Origin: Tubiluchus corallicola
Taxonomy: Eukaryota > Animalia > Priapulida
Reading direction: 5' to 3'
NCBI GenBank assembly: GCA_030141605.1
Contig: JAQGDQ010000086.1
Coordinates: 429,418-493,417, forward strand
DNA: 64,000 nt
Part shown: one piece after another, positions 1-13,180 of the stretch
Position numbering within the stretch: position 1 is the first letter of the stretch
How the letters are laid out: each line of letters begins with the position of its first letter
Notes under the pieces: model-generated
Told to the model about the DNA's origin: nothing
The model's input: only the letters and a program-made list of their open reading frames with translations
Databases searched by the model: none
Translations under genes and position numbers: made by a program

Positions 1-1566
1 GTACTAATTATAATAAAAAAGGACTGACTATGCAATTAATGATTATTCAACATTTTTTCAAAATGCACAAATCATGTGACAATCAACGAACTACCAAGCA
101 TGAGACATGGACAAAAACATCTAAGTTATAGCCAGATTAAACCTCTTAGTTTTTAATACAAAATGTACGCTGGAAAACACATTTTTTGTCTTGGTATTTT
201 CACAAAAATTGTTGCTAAAAAGTTAGCTAAATAAAAGTATATTTTGTATAACGCAAAAATAATATTATAAAAATAGACTGATTAGAATTAGAGCAAAATA
301 TGTTAAAATACTTAAATAGCACCAAAGTCTAAAAGCAGCTGCTACATAAGAAAAGCTGTTATCGTGCTAAGAGCAAAAAAATCAGAAATATTTCAAAACA
401 AGCACAGCACTGTAATTAAAAGAACACACATTAACAACTGCAAAATCTCCAACAGCAAAATGCTGTTGTTTTTTGAAAAAAGAACAGCTTAAAGAATTGC
501 AAAAAGGAAGGGGAAAAAGTCGTATCCTATCTTACATTTTTTATAAATTCTCTAACTTCTATTGCGCACTAATAATTAAGCATTATGGATATGTAAGAAT
601 TCAAAGACTTATTATCGCTATATATTCTTAATAGTATTTCGTACATATGGTAGATTTTTGTAGTTAATTTATATGTATGTCACCGCTTTCTTGGCAATAA
701 AAAAATCCATGTAAACTATTTAAATTTTTTGAACTTATATATACATATATATATATATATGTATATATATAAATTTACAATTCAAGACTTGAAAATACTA
801 GTAATCATAAACGATACTAAATTAAGAAGCCTGAAAAAAGCATGTCACTTTCAAAATGTCTTAAATTCTATAAAAAAATAAATTAATAAATGACAGGACG
901 AAGTTTTTCCTGTTTAAATAACGACGTGATGAACCACCACAAATGTAAGTGACATTGGTAACTTACTTTAATTATGTGAAAAAATTTTCTAAAAAGTTAA
1001 ACAGACCATTTCTGAAGGATACTAATGCAAAAAATTAGATCAAAGCTAAAAATCAGCAAATTAATTAATTAGAGAATAGGTTTACTTATTATGCAGATAT
1101 AAAACATGTTTTTAATGACGGAGGTTGCAAAGCTGTGCAAAATACCATCACAGTAAATGAACTGCGATTACAAAAAAAGTTTTATATAAAAATAAATAAA
1201 AAAAAGTAAATAAAGTTTTTATTTTCCAGTCTCATATTTACGTACTTTGAAATATCTATGCCATCTATAACATTTCATTGGTCTCTTGTTATGTATAATG
1301 ATAATTTGCTTTCGCACAACTTCAAATCATATAATTGTTTATCTTTTCAAAATTAACAATTACATTATCAGTCATCTAAGTAGTAAGTACGAATTTCTCT
1401 TTATTGTCCAAAATTTTTCCAAAACTGTGTCAAAAGATTTACCAAAATGCCAAAACACAGTCACTACTATGTACAAAAACATTCTCAGAAAGCATAACTT
1501 TAGAAAAATTTGTAAATAATATGCCATGTTAAAATTTATATGTGGATGAATTATAAGAAAGACGTA

Positions 1567-1849
1567 CAGGTAGTCGTCAACTTAACACCACACTCGGTTC
1601 CGGGTGATTAGTTGTAAAATGAATTGAACATAAGTTGGACCCCTACACATACGAGGTTGTGTGTGAAGTAAGTATGGCGGCACCTACTTATGAATTTATC
1701 GAAAGAGATAAGGAGTTAAGATGAGCTTGCTCAAACCAGAAAGAAATTTTAATTACTATTATTTTTGTGGGATAAATTAACCGCTGTGCGTTTAGTTCGT
1801 AAAGTCGTGTGGTCGTAAGTTGCACAGATCTTAAGTCGAAGACTACCTG
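1567..1849. mobile_element. Tc1/mariner (pogo/Tigger-like) MITE
   Basis: TA|CAGGTAGTCGTCAACTTAA ... TTAAGTCGAAGACTACCTG; TIR match 17/19; left TA present, right TA decayed. Confidence 0.7.
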
Positions 1850-2139
1850 CTCAGTAAAATGGCATAGAGACGTGATGCACAAAAATATGATAAACCAAAT
1901 AAAATCATGTTTTATATCTAATCTTCCTGCAGTTTCAGTTATTCCACCACTGCTGGTCAAGCCATAAAAAGCATTAAAAGGTATAACAGCAAGGTTAAAG
2001 AAATAGGAGTTAATTTCAGCAACAGAGCAAGCTTTTACCTTTTGTATTGTCATCATCTGTAAATAGTAAGTTATCGTGAACTAGAGTGTGAACAATAAAA
2101 ACTAAAACTAAGTCAGTTATATATATATGCAGAAAATAT

Positions 2140-2400
2140 ACTGGCTCTGTTGCAAACTACATCTAAATGAGTCATAAGTGAAAAACCATGTTGCTCTGCT
2201 ACAAGTGTTGTAAGTGAAAAAAAATGATAGCTCAAGGGAAAACTACACCTAAGTGAGTTATAAGTGAAAAAATATGGCTAGCTCTAGTGAACACTACACC
2301 TAAGTGAGTTGCAAGTAAAAAAATATGCTAGTTTGGCAGAAAACTACACCTAACAGCATTGTAAGTAAAAAATATGCTAGCTCTCTTGAAAATTGCACGT
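2140..2400. repeat. Degenerate ~50-bp tandem repeat, about 5 copies
   Basis: Recurring aaaaatatgctagctct...aaactacacctaagtgagtt(g/a)taagtg. Confidence 0.75.
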
Positions 2401-2690
2401 TGAAGGTTTTTTCTCAAAAGGAAATTAACTGCAACAATCTTTAATATCAGAAATTTGTGCTTAACTTTGGATAATATTTAGGTTTTAATTCATAATTGGT
2501 GTTGCATTTTTGGCCTAGAAGAACTTATACTGATATTATCAAAACAACAATTGGCAGCCTACGTGGTTCAACAAAAAGCTATAAAACTAAGGCAAGAATT
2601 AATTTCTTATTTTGTATTAAGAATCTATTAATGCAAAACAAATTAGGCTTGATTGTAAGTTGCAAATAAAAATACATGTAAAATAATAAC

Positions 2691-3026
2691 TATTCATTTA
2701 GCAGCTACAAGAAGCTTGGCAAAAATAATCTTCAATGCATACGTATGTGCTATTATATCCTCAGAATTTTGAAACACAATATGAAAATCGAATGGCATGT
2801 TGTATTTGTAAAAAAATAAACCACACTAGCGACTAAAGGTGAATATCTGCTAGCAATATATTCATTTAGCAGCTACAAGAAGCTTGGCAAAAATAATCTT
2901 CAATGCATACGTATGTGCTATTATATCCTCAGAATTTTGAAACATAATATGAAAATCGAATGGCATGTTGTATTTGTAAAAAAATAAACCACACTAGCGA
3001 CTAAAGGTGAATATCTGCTAGCAATA
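2691..3026. repeat. Near-perfect 168-bp tandem duplication
   Basis: tattcatttagcagctacaagaagc...tgctagcaata starts at 2691 and 2859; one mismatch seen (cacaat/cataat). Confidence 0.9.
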
Positions 3027-5021
3027 TGTTGTCTGGTGCTCAAAAACTGTAAAATTCCCGTCAATAATTAGTATCAAACTAGCAATAATGAAATAAAATT
3101 GCTCTAACTACGATAACCCATAACTATTTAACGCATATTCAGCACGTGCTCTATGTTGCTAAAACATTGCAAAAGCATGTGGGTGTGCTAATTCACACCG
3201 TGGTCAGTCTATACCTGTACTATTTCTGTCTTCTGTGCCATACAAAATGGTGGTTGAGTCTGCAAAATTCAATTGCATCCTTGTACGCCGATGATATATG
3301 CTTTATTGCACTATTTAGTTTTATAGCAAGAGTAACGCCTCAACTACTTGAACGTGTTGCGAATGCGTTTTAGTTTTTGCTGAGCGCAAGTGCATTGCAA
3401 CTGTTGAAAAATTGTGTGCTGTGGTTTGATGACTTATTTAATTTATTACCTATCGTAGAATAATTATCGAATAACACAAGATATAAGATATTTTCACAAT
3501 TGATAAATTTATGATATCTGTTATGAAGCCATGACAGTCTTCTAAAATGCACCCAAATTAAGTGAAATACCTTGTAAAATCTGGATGATTTGTGAACCCG
3601 TAGTTGTTAATAAAATTCGAGTACTTGTATTTAACTTAATAAGATAACTGGAAGTAATTGCAAAGAAGTATATTATGCACGTCATTGAATCAATTGTTAC
3701 TATACTTCAGTTTCACCAATTTTCCCAAAGTTTTAACGGGAGTTTGCAAACAAAATGTTGCACACAAGTGAACAATTTTGCAAAAGCTTTAGCCATTGCA
3801 AACAAACGGTTTTGGTGGCCAATTCTCGATCTCTCCTTATTAAACTGAGAAAAACATGTTGCTCAAATAATCTATTGTTAAGCATGATCTTTGGCCAAGT
3901 GCTCTAAAGATCCAAGCATACACACAGAAAAGGAAATAAAGCCAAGACTATCCGTAATTATCATACAACATAGACATGCAAAATGACGAATAACTATTTA
4001 ACAATGTAGCACACCATTCAGTTTGATGCTCCTGTGATTCACATTCAGTACATGCAAATGCTTAGTAATATGTACAAGTATCACACATATATATACAGAA
4101 TACCCCAAAATGCATTAGCGTTTTCATTGACAAAATGAACTACTGTAATGAATACTGTGTACTGGCAATTTACTTACTAAACAGCAACAGCTGGAGCAAA
4201 TTTAGTATTCTTAATGGGACGGCATATCTTGTTCAGAACTAAAGTGCAGAAAATGGTCAAATTTTAGTGAAACAGAGCCAAAGCCTAGGAACTTCGTCCA
4301 AGCTCCAAAACTCAAGACAAAGAAATGGAGACACATCTCACACATTAGTTAAATGGAAAAAGAGTAAGTTTTGTAAACTCCGCTGAGTTCCAAGGGACGA
4401 GAAGCAATTACAACAAAATACCAAGGCACCTCATACCTTAATCAAAAGGACCACAAGCTTTCAAGACACAAAGGCTTCAGGACTCAAGGAAAGACACAAG
4501 TAGCTAAAACCTTCAAACCTTATTCAAATGAACCCTTCCGATTTTATTCATGTTCCAAGTAAAAAGAAATGCGACGTCAGATCTTCAACAAATTGAAAAA
4601 GCCAAAGGTAAAAAACTCATCCATTTCCAAAACCAAGAGGCAGTTTGTGTTTTGTGTTTAGAACGAATGCAACAGCATCAATGAAGCCAAGATTTAATAT
4701 AAGCTCACAGTCGCTAGTTCAAACAAGCTTGAGTCTCGTTTTTGTCACATTTTGTCCCGTTCGATCAACTATGGTACCAAAAACTTAATTGTGGGTCTGT
4801 TCCACCAATAAGCCAGATTATAAAATACCTGGGCTACAGCAGCTGCTGTGATACAGTTGAATGTCATCATAATAATAAATCCAGCGATTCAGATATCTGT
4901 TCCAACGACTGTCCGGCATTTTAGTTTGGGCTAACAAAAAATTTATGAGGCAAGCACGCCTTGTTACTAATCAGTTTTACTGTGTTCGAATGATAATCAC
5001 CTGATTGTCAAATATTTTTAA

Positions 5022-5527
5022 AGGAAAACAGGAAGATTTAAATAATAGATTAAAATCTTAATCTTAAGGTTTTAATCTTAATTTTATGGGGGAGCCCAGC
5101 AATTTTCAACAGCACAAACATTCCATTAGCATGCTGCACGTCTCCGAAAGCGAAAATTGAAGTACAGTGCTCTTGTACAACTTTCAGTGTGATATATTTA
5201 TAAACATTTGGCATATGTGAAGTTTAAAATTCAAATTTCAAGTTTACCATTGAGCTCACGCCTGAGATCTCGAACATATGCACTACGTTGCAACTGGACA
5301 CCCCTGGACTGAGAAGTAAGGAACTTGCTTTTTGCATAACGCGTTTCCGAAATGCAGGCGCTGGTGCCCGTCTAACTAGCAAATGGCGAAATGCATGTAA
5401 CAGTGAAAAACTATAACCGTGAATTTTCTGTTAGGTAGGTGAGTTATTCTTGAAAAATATTAACGTTCTCTTTCTGTATAGGGCAAATTGTCTTGAGCTA
5501 TAATTTAAGATTGCGTCCAGTTTTCCT
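5022..5527 (+). mobile_element. Non-autonomous TTAA-TSD DNA transposon with AGG termini (Kolobok/T2-like MITE)
   Basis: TTAA|AGGAAAACAGGA ... TCCAGTTTTCCT|TTAA. Internal sequence (ccgaaatgcagg..gtgcccgtctaactagcaaatggc) shared with copies at ~16570, ~23767, ~28820(-) and ~57715. Confidence 0.75.
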
Positions 5528-7032
5528 TTAAAAATGGACAATGGGATTGTCTTGATTCTTCAAAAGCAAAATAGTGAACAATTTTCTTGCAATGCACGAC
5601 AAAACCAGATCCACAGATTGGCAGCCATTGAGCTTATTTTTAACTGAGAGGTGAAACAAACATATATTATTAGCAATTATGAAATTATTGAAAAAAAACG
5701 AACAATTATTAGCAATAATAATAATAATATGTTGAAAATAGTATTCAAAAGTAACCTTTCTAATTATATATTTCACGATTACTAACAACAGTAACATGTT
5801 GGCCTGCACATGAAAGAATAGCTACAACAACAAATTCTAATACAACAGTCAGTGCAACAGTCTTAAAGGCATCACAATAATACATCACGAGCACAAATGG
5901 ACAACCAGGCATATGCAATGGACAACTATTTACTTTCAAGATCACTCTATATAAAAGCACATGAAACCTAGCTAGACATTGACAATATATGCCTACAATT
6001 TACACTGCAACAACAATCTTAGCAATACTCTACACAGATGCTGAACACTCTAGTTAAAAAAAAAGCATGGAAATGCACAGCATTTACCGTGCGAGTGCAT
6101 TTCCAACACATTCCCACTACAAGTGTACGACACTGACTAAGACAAAGTAATATTACCTTTGTGTTCTTTAACAATGGAAAATAAAAACAATCGGATAAAA
6201 CAGAGGTTGACTTCATAGCAACTTCAGTTGATCAACAATGCACAGCTTCAACTACATTGTTCTACTAAACAATGGTTATTAATCTAGACATAATGTGGTT
6301 CTCATATACCCAAAAGGGAGACTATGAAACAAGTACTGGACAAGAACAATGATTGTTAATGCAAAATGCAAATGCAGGTTTAAATCACTCTATTGTTATT
6401 TTTTCATGACCAGTAGCTATTTACGCAAAGCAATTGTTGATTATTTATCACACATATTTTGTGAAAATATTTCACACAGCACTGTTATCATAACACTACA
6501 ATACACAAAAAAAAACTATTCAAAACAGCTGCATCTATTTTAACTACATCGGACGAGGAAAAGAGTCACATTTACTGAGAATGGTGCACAGGAGTGGCAA
6601 GGAAGTGATTAGTAGTTTAATGTAAAACGATGAATGTAAATATTAATGCAAATAAATGAAATAAAAAAGCAAAATGGACGTGCCGCATTTATTAACCGAA
6701 ATTACAAAAAATTATAAGCGAAATGAATAATGGAGACTCGTGGCAAAAATTGGGGCAGCAATCATGTACGTAATAAATATATTTCAAAGCAATAAGCTTT
6801 TTTCTGATTGCTAAATTTACAGGTCACTCGGTGCCAAATTGAAATGAAAATCTATCAGTTAAATTAGAAGTATGTCACATTTGGATTTTCGGATAAAAGT
6901 CGAGAAACCGAATGACGGGGCAAGACTATCCAGTTGCACTCATGTTTTGAAATACCATCACCAGGGCAAATTTTATCCTTTGAAAACAAAAACATTGGGA
7001 TTTATTATTTAAGCAATTGTCTGCATCCAGAA

Positions 7033-7594
7033 CAGTGGCGGCTCGTATATAGGCTGCTGTGGAACTTCAGCACCCCTTATTTTCACTCAATATTCTCGAG
7101 TGAAAATTCCTCTTTAATTTCAAAATTCTTTCTTTATACTTGTGCATACTTATACAGAACTAGATGACCTAACAGAACCGTGCTCTTCAAAGCTCCAGCA
7201 ATGTAGTGTTTGGCTGTTGTGCACATGCGGCCATGCACACATGCCTGAGACAAGACACTGCACGCTAGACAGAGAAAGTACCATCACTCACGCAGTGTCA
7301 ATAAAGGAGAAAATGACTAATCTTTTTTTACAAAGTAAAACAAGAAGAATGGATTTTGTTTTTAAATTAATTTAAATTTAACTTAATAGATTAATCAATT
7401 AGATTAATTTAACTTGAACTGTAACAATTTAGGCTACTAGTAAGTAAAAATATTTATCTATTTAATCAATTAAGATTTTATCAAATTTATATATAAATAT
7501 TCTTTTTACAAGATTATTTCGTTTATACAATATTAAAGCAATAGCTAAAAAATTTTTGAAACAGCAACCCCACCCCCACTAAGAGACGCCACTG
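7033..7594. mobile_element. hAT-like MITE, copy 1
   Basis: CAGTGGCG...CGCCACTG termini; degenerate 8-bp TSD atccagaa/attcagtg; homologous to 21769-22225. Confidence 0.65.
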
Positions 7595-8837
7595 ATTCAG
7601 TGACCCATAAGCACAGTACTTATTTAAATGCAAACATTCGTTAACCAGTTGCGTACAGTTAAAAAAATTATGTATTAACAAGGATTAAATTTGGAATCTG
7701 CCAACCCCTTACACATGAACAAAACCATCCAACAATTTTTACTGAAAATTTATGCAGGAGAACTTGTAGTTTATAAGCTTTGCAAGTTGCCAAGTTGTAC
7801 AATTTTTTGACTTCCTCCAAATTAAATAATTCCAAAGAAAATGCATTCAAATATCGAAATTGCACAATTTGGATAAGCAGAAAGAAATTTATAATAGTTT
7901 TTTGGTGATACAAGAGGTGAATTTGTAAAATCTCAGTTGATGGATTTTAGTTTTAGAGATACTGCTGAGTGAGAGAGACTATTAATGTTAAAGGCTAACA
8001 GAGCAAATTACAATAATCTCTGTGGAATCAAAAAATCTTGGGAAGGCGCAACCGTGAAATAGCGCGAACAAAATTTTAATTTTTGCCTAAATTTATTATC
8101 ATGAAGTTTAAAAAAAATAAAAATAAGAAAAAATGTAAAGAATAAAAATAAAGAAATAAATTTGAGAAATATTGAGAAATAAAGAGACAAATGTTGCCAA
8201 ACATACAAAAACAATGTATTTCTACATTATGTATGTGACGTGTATAAGCTAAATAGTAATAATTACAAGAAATGAACAAATTGGAGGGCTGGGCAAACAT
8301 TTCACAATTGATCCATTCCATTTTAACATAAAAGCTATTAAAAACATCTTATTTTGAATACAATTTCAACATGCTTCCCGCAGCTTGCAGCATGTACCTT
8401 AAATGAATTTATAAGTGCACTTATCAAGAACGATTTTGTAACGTTAGACGATAAACACTTCTTTAAAGGGGGCAGAAATGGGATCACTGGTTATAAAAAG
8501 AATTACCCAGATATTTAAAAGAAAAAACAAAACGGTTGGCCATTATATTGATGGCTGAGACAGAGACCATACTGCGCTGCTGGACGATGAACTAGAAACT
8601 CGTGTAGAAAATAATACATTTCTCTGAAAATTTTTCACTGCAAATGTATCAATTGTGAAAGAATGAGTTACTGGCAAACTACTCAATATTGTATTACCAC
8701 AATTACTGGAAAATGATGCAATTCTACGACCGGTGGCTGACGTAACTGGGAGAAGAATGGCGGTACACAAAACGGGAAGGGGCACACAACACTAGAGAGC
8801 GTAAATGCCACGTAAGTATACCTACTTGATCGGTTAC

Positions 8838-8882
8838 CTCCGATTACTTGCACGGCACGAACACCCTTCCGAAACAGTGCCA
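8838..8882 (-). CDS. slo: Slo1 RCK1-RCK2 linker exon (45 nt, phase 1->1; second in-frame donor gives 8826-8882, 57 nt)
   Basis: cctgacag|TG GCA CTG...GGA G|gtaacc; LALFRKGVRAVQVIG, matching the recalled insect slowpoke linker segment LATFRKGVRAVQMVG. Confidence 0.85.
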
Positions 8883-10752
8883 CTGTCAGGGGAGATTAAT
8901 GACACAGCAGATTAGCAACAATGAAAAAGAACAATGTCCAACAAAGTACTTGTAAACAAGGTAAAACAAGGTGTGCATGTTTTGGCATGTTATCATCTGA
9001 GCACGGCTTCTGCCGTAATGATAAGCAGTGCCAAGGTTTAAACTGTGCACATGTTTAAGCACGTTATCATTATCGATCACATGACTGTTGTCCTGACGAC
9101 AACATAGGCACAATGTATGTCTCAACCATTCGTGTTGATCGTTGCGACATCACAAAATTGTTTATCCGAAGCCGTTGCTATAGTAACCGTACAGTAATAA
9201 CAATCATGTGAACAAGGGTAACAAACGATCATTTTACCGATGATAAAATGTATTAAGATGATTTGGTAACAAGGGAACAATGTGCAAGAGTTAATAGTCA
9301 TTACACAGTGATATGATCGCTAGCATCATTAGCAGTGATAGCCTAGTAGCAGCTTGTTAAATTAGGTTAAAATAGTTGATGGAGCAGGAATGGAAAAATC
9401 ATTTAAAGTTTAACGAATTATGCAAACTACTTTTCACGCAAAAGCTACATTCTTTTCGCAAAAAATAATTCATTTCTAGTCATCATTGTCATAATAACAT
9501 GGACAAATTCTCAATGGTAAGGTCTTAACGACCACATCGAGATAAAATGAGGGAAATTATCTGGCTTCGATTTTTAAAGTGCACGTTTTGCACAGCAGAG
9601 GTCGCTCCTGATGGTTGGAAGAAAATAACTGACAATGTTATGCTTGTTCAATACTTGAAGAAGTGTACCATGACACCTTTAACGTTGGAATAACTGACAG
9701 GTAAAAAATTGGTAACGATCACATCACTGATTCATACCATTTTGTGGTAAGATTAAACTGTTCTTACTAACATTTGAAATAACACGCACTCATACACACG
9801 CACGCGCACACATGCATATACACGCTGCCGCTCAGTGATGTAGATGCAGCGTGAAACGTGCATGGAAAGACGTGATAACTCGTGGTGCACACATGGTTCA
9901 AAACAAGTTAGTGTTCAATAGGAAGCATCGTGGCACTTCAGCGAATGTAAAAATAGGGGAAATCTTCTAAGGAAAAACTTGGGTAAAACACGTCTGCTAT
10001 TCTGTGTTTGAGAATTATGGCTGGATAAAATGTTCACATATAAGGATTAGAGGAAGGTAAATGTTTAATTGGAAAACAGCTTGCATCATTCGACTATTTG
10101 ACTAAATTTCATTTCACGAAACTGTACAACGCATCGCACACAAAAAGAATAATGCTCCACATCAACCCTAATAATGCACCATTTCCAAATTCAGTAATAA
10201 TTCACTGGTTAAGTGGAAAACAGATTAGCACGGGCCTTTCTTACAGAATATGTCTGCTAGTTCTGAGTAACTTTGATAGGTATCATAACATATCCTTTTT
10301 CATTCTGACGTTTTGCATGCTGACAAGTCTGTTATCGCAAGCGTGTAAATTTCTAAAAAAATGCACAGACTTAGTCTACATGCCCAAACCCTTCTACTGG
10401 TACATCATCATTTGCAAGTGAAGGGGTGTTAAGGCAAGAATGCACCCTAGGATAGGCCCTGCAGTCTCTTTTTCACGGAATGCCAACAGCGACTCTACGC
10501 TTCTTTTGCGCTTATGAAAATGGTCCTGGGACCTCTCGTAACTGGTTTCTGATAGTCAAAGTTTGTTCGGCACACTCACGTTGCCGCTACTTCTCATTTC
10601 CACAAGTCACACATTTTTAGATTAGCTCTTACAGATCTAGTTTTTCTACATCAGACCTCTACTCTGAAGCATTTTTTATGAGAAAATTATTTCACTTGTA
10701 GCTGCAACCTCATTTGCTTCCATGAAAAGCATGAATTGATATCACTTATCAC

Positions 10753-11077
10753 TAGGAGTAAGCATTGGATTCGATTCGAACCATGTTTTTAATTTGAATT
10801 TGATTCGAGCCTAAAATTATGAATTCGAATAATTCAATACTTCAACTCCATACGTCCTTTATCATTAAAACATGAAATAGCATGCAGGCAGTTCAATTCA
10901 GCTGTGAGTTCCATGCACAATTTTTAAATAAATATTAGTGTTTTTACTGCAGAACAAAATCAAGAAATACACATGTTTTTGCTAGACTGCATTTCACTAA
11001 TGATTCGAAATTTCATTCAAAAATCTTTAAACTGAATTCGATTCGAATATCCTTCCTGATAGAGAATGCTCATCCTA
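10753..11077. mobile_element. MITE-like element with TAGG termini and TTCGA-rich subterminal repeats
   Basis: TAGGAGTAAGCATT ... AATGCTCATCCTA; repeated attcga motifs; related fragments at ~11340-11457 and ~58440-58480; no clear TSD. Confidence 0.45.
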
Positions 11078-12272
11078 AATTTTATATTAGATATATTCTG
11101 ATTATATCCTTGTCAAGAAGTATAAAAATTGAATTAAATATGAACAGTAACTCTTGTTGATAAAGATGTACATAAAGAAGTACAAAGGCACTGTTGACAA
11201 GTTACAACGGTCAAATGCATTGTTGACACGTTAAAACAGTTGTTCTGCAGTAAAATCACTAATAACTTGTTTAAAAATTTGCGCACAGATATTGTAGCTA
11301 AACTCTGCTGATTGCATGCTGTTGAAGTGCTAAGTTACTCGAATCCATCATTTTAGATTAGAATCAATTTCAAATAAAAAAAACTCATCAAAATCGAACT
11401 CAAACATACAAAATCAATTTGAGCATTCAAACTCGAACATGTCGATACTCACTCCTAACGTACAACACTATCGAACACAAATGTCAATTATTACCGCATG
11501 TAATATCATAATCGTTATTGCCTGTTTTTATTAACACTGAATGGCAAAGTTACAAAAGCTTGTGAAATCTTCAAGTTCATTGTTGCACAATAGTCAACCC
11601 TTATTTCAGGTGGCAGGTTAGTAACAATAACTAAGCAAGCATATGCACACCGTATTTATAGTATATTAAATAATGTACAATCGAAAGCATGAATTCGTAA
11701 TCAAAACCAGTACATTTAACAGTATTATTTAACATTTTAATAAAACATTATGTATCTTTCACTCTTATACTTCGTAAATCGTGCATATAGTTAAAAACAC
11801 TTTTGCCACAAGAGCATGGCGTGGTACAATACATAGCAATTCAATGATGCACAATTTTGCAGTGCTCTCCAAAATTAAACACGCAAAAAACATTTCCGTC
11901 GACTAAAAGCCACTTTCGTGTTAGATCATGCATTCCTGAAGTGTTGTTAGTGCTGCTACCTGCAGGCATGTTAGCTAAATGACAAGTCCCGCGTGCAACC
12001 CAAAGCAAGCCGTAAACCAATATGTCAAATTTATGATAATATAAGACTACGGCAATCAATGGTATTATAGTTACAGTTGATACATGGAGTATATTTCCCT
12101 AGAATCCCAAGCGGGCAGTCATAATATGCTCATTCTAATTTTTAAAAGTGATTGATAATAGTGATGTGAGTAGTACAGAACATGAGGCTAATGGAAATGA
12201 ATCTATGACCTTTCCTGCATTAAAGAATCCAAAAAAGTGTATTAGTGGAAAATGATTTTCCAAAAATGAACA

Positions 12273-12509
12273 CGCTCATATTTCGGTTTGCTGGACCTCG
12301 CTTTTTCGGATATTGGAAAATTCAGACAAAATCTGGTCCATTAAAAAGTCCCGCATACTACAGACACAGTCCGTTGCTTCGCAAGCTGACTGCTAGTTGG
12401 CAGGCTTGTATGGCGCCTACTGTATTAGCTTAGTATCGATAAATGCGGACAATTGGCAAATTCGAACCGACGTCTCTCCGCTTTTGTCCGGCAAACCGAG
12501 GTATGAGTG
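12273..12509 (+). mobile_element. Tc1/mariner-type MITE (TA TSD), copy 1, internally deleted
   Basis: TIR consensus CACTCATATCTCGGTTTGCCGGAC at both ends; homologous to 18397 and 29824 copies. Confidence 0.8.
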
Positions 12510-13103
12510 TATAATGGTTATACAAATACATAAATGGTTATATACATATAAAAGATATATGATATATTTGTTTGTTATTTAATACCATTAAGGTGAAATT
12601 GCCAACTCAAGTAAGTTGTTAGGCTTAAAACTGCTATTTTCTTGCTTGCAAAAATGCTGATAGCTTTTCATAAATACCCAATTGATACATTTTGTTGCAG
12701 AAGGCCACATTCTTAATTATCATCCATTGCAATGATATTATTAAAATGAACCTGAATAGCGATTTGTTTGTATAGGATATGCTGCATGTATTTCAGTGGA
12801 GTACATCATACTTTAATGAAGTATTTCCACTAACAGTGCAAAGTAATAGTACTAAGTCACACGAGTTTATTTTCAGAAGTGTATATTTACCCTAAATCAA
12901 GACAGTTAATGACCATGCTGTTTGTAATATTACTATTGTAAAATATACTTGTGTTCGCTAATAATCATGGTAGATCATCTCTTTTAAAGCTAAATTAAAT
13001 GAAAACAACGCGACTTCATTATTCAAATCTTGTTCAATACATGTTGTTATTCATTGAAAAAAGTTTTGTACCACTAATTTTTATCTATGACTACAATACT
13101 CAC

Positions 13104-13180
13104 AGTTTTTGCACTTGCATTTCTTTATTGTTGCTGGATCTTGTACGTCTTCGTGACAATGTTTGCAATAATACCACACC
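13104..13180 (-). CDS. slo: Slo1 exon: CxxCH haem-binding segment (77 nt, phase 2->1)
   Basis: tacttttag|G GTG TGG...AAC T|gtgagt; VWYYCKHCHEDVQDPATIKKCKCKN. Confidence 0.94.

Noticed and set aside
8398-8486. 89-nt open segment with AG/GT ends in the linker intron
   Set aside because: Phase 1->0 does not fit the phase-1 linker introns.
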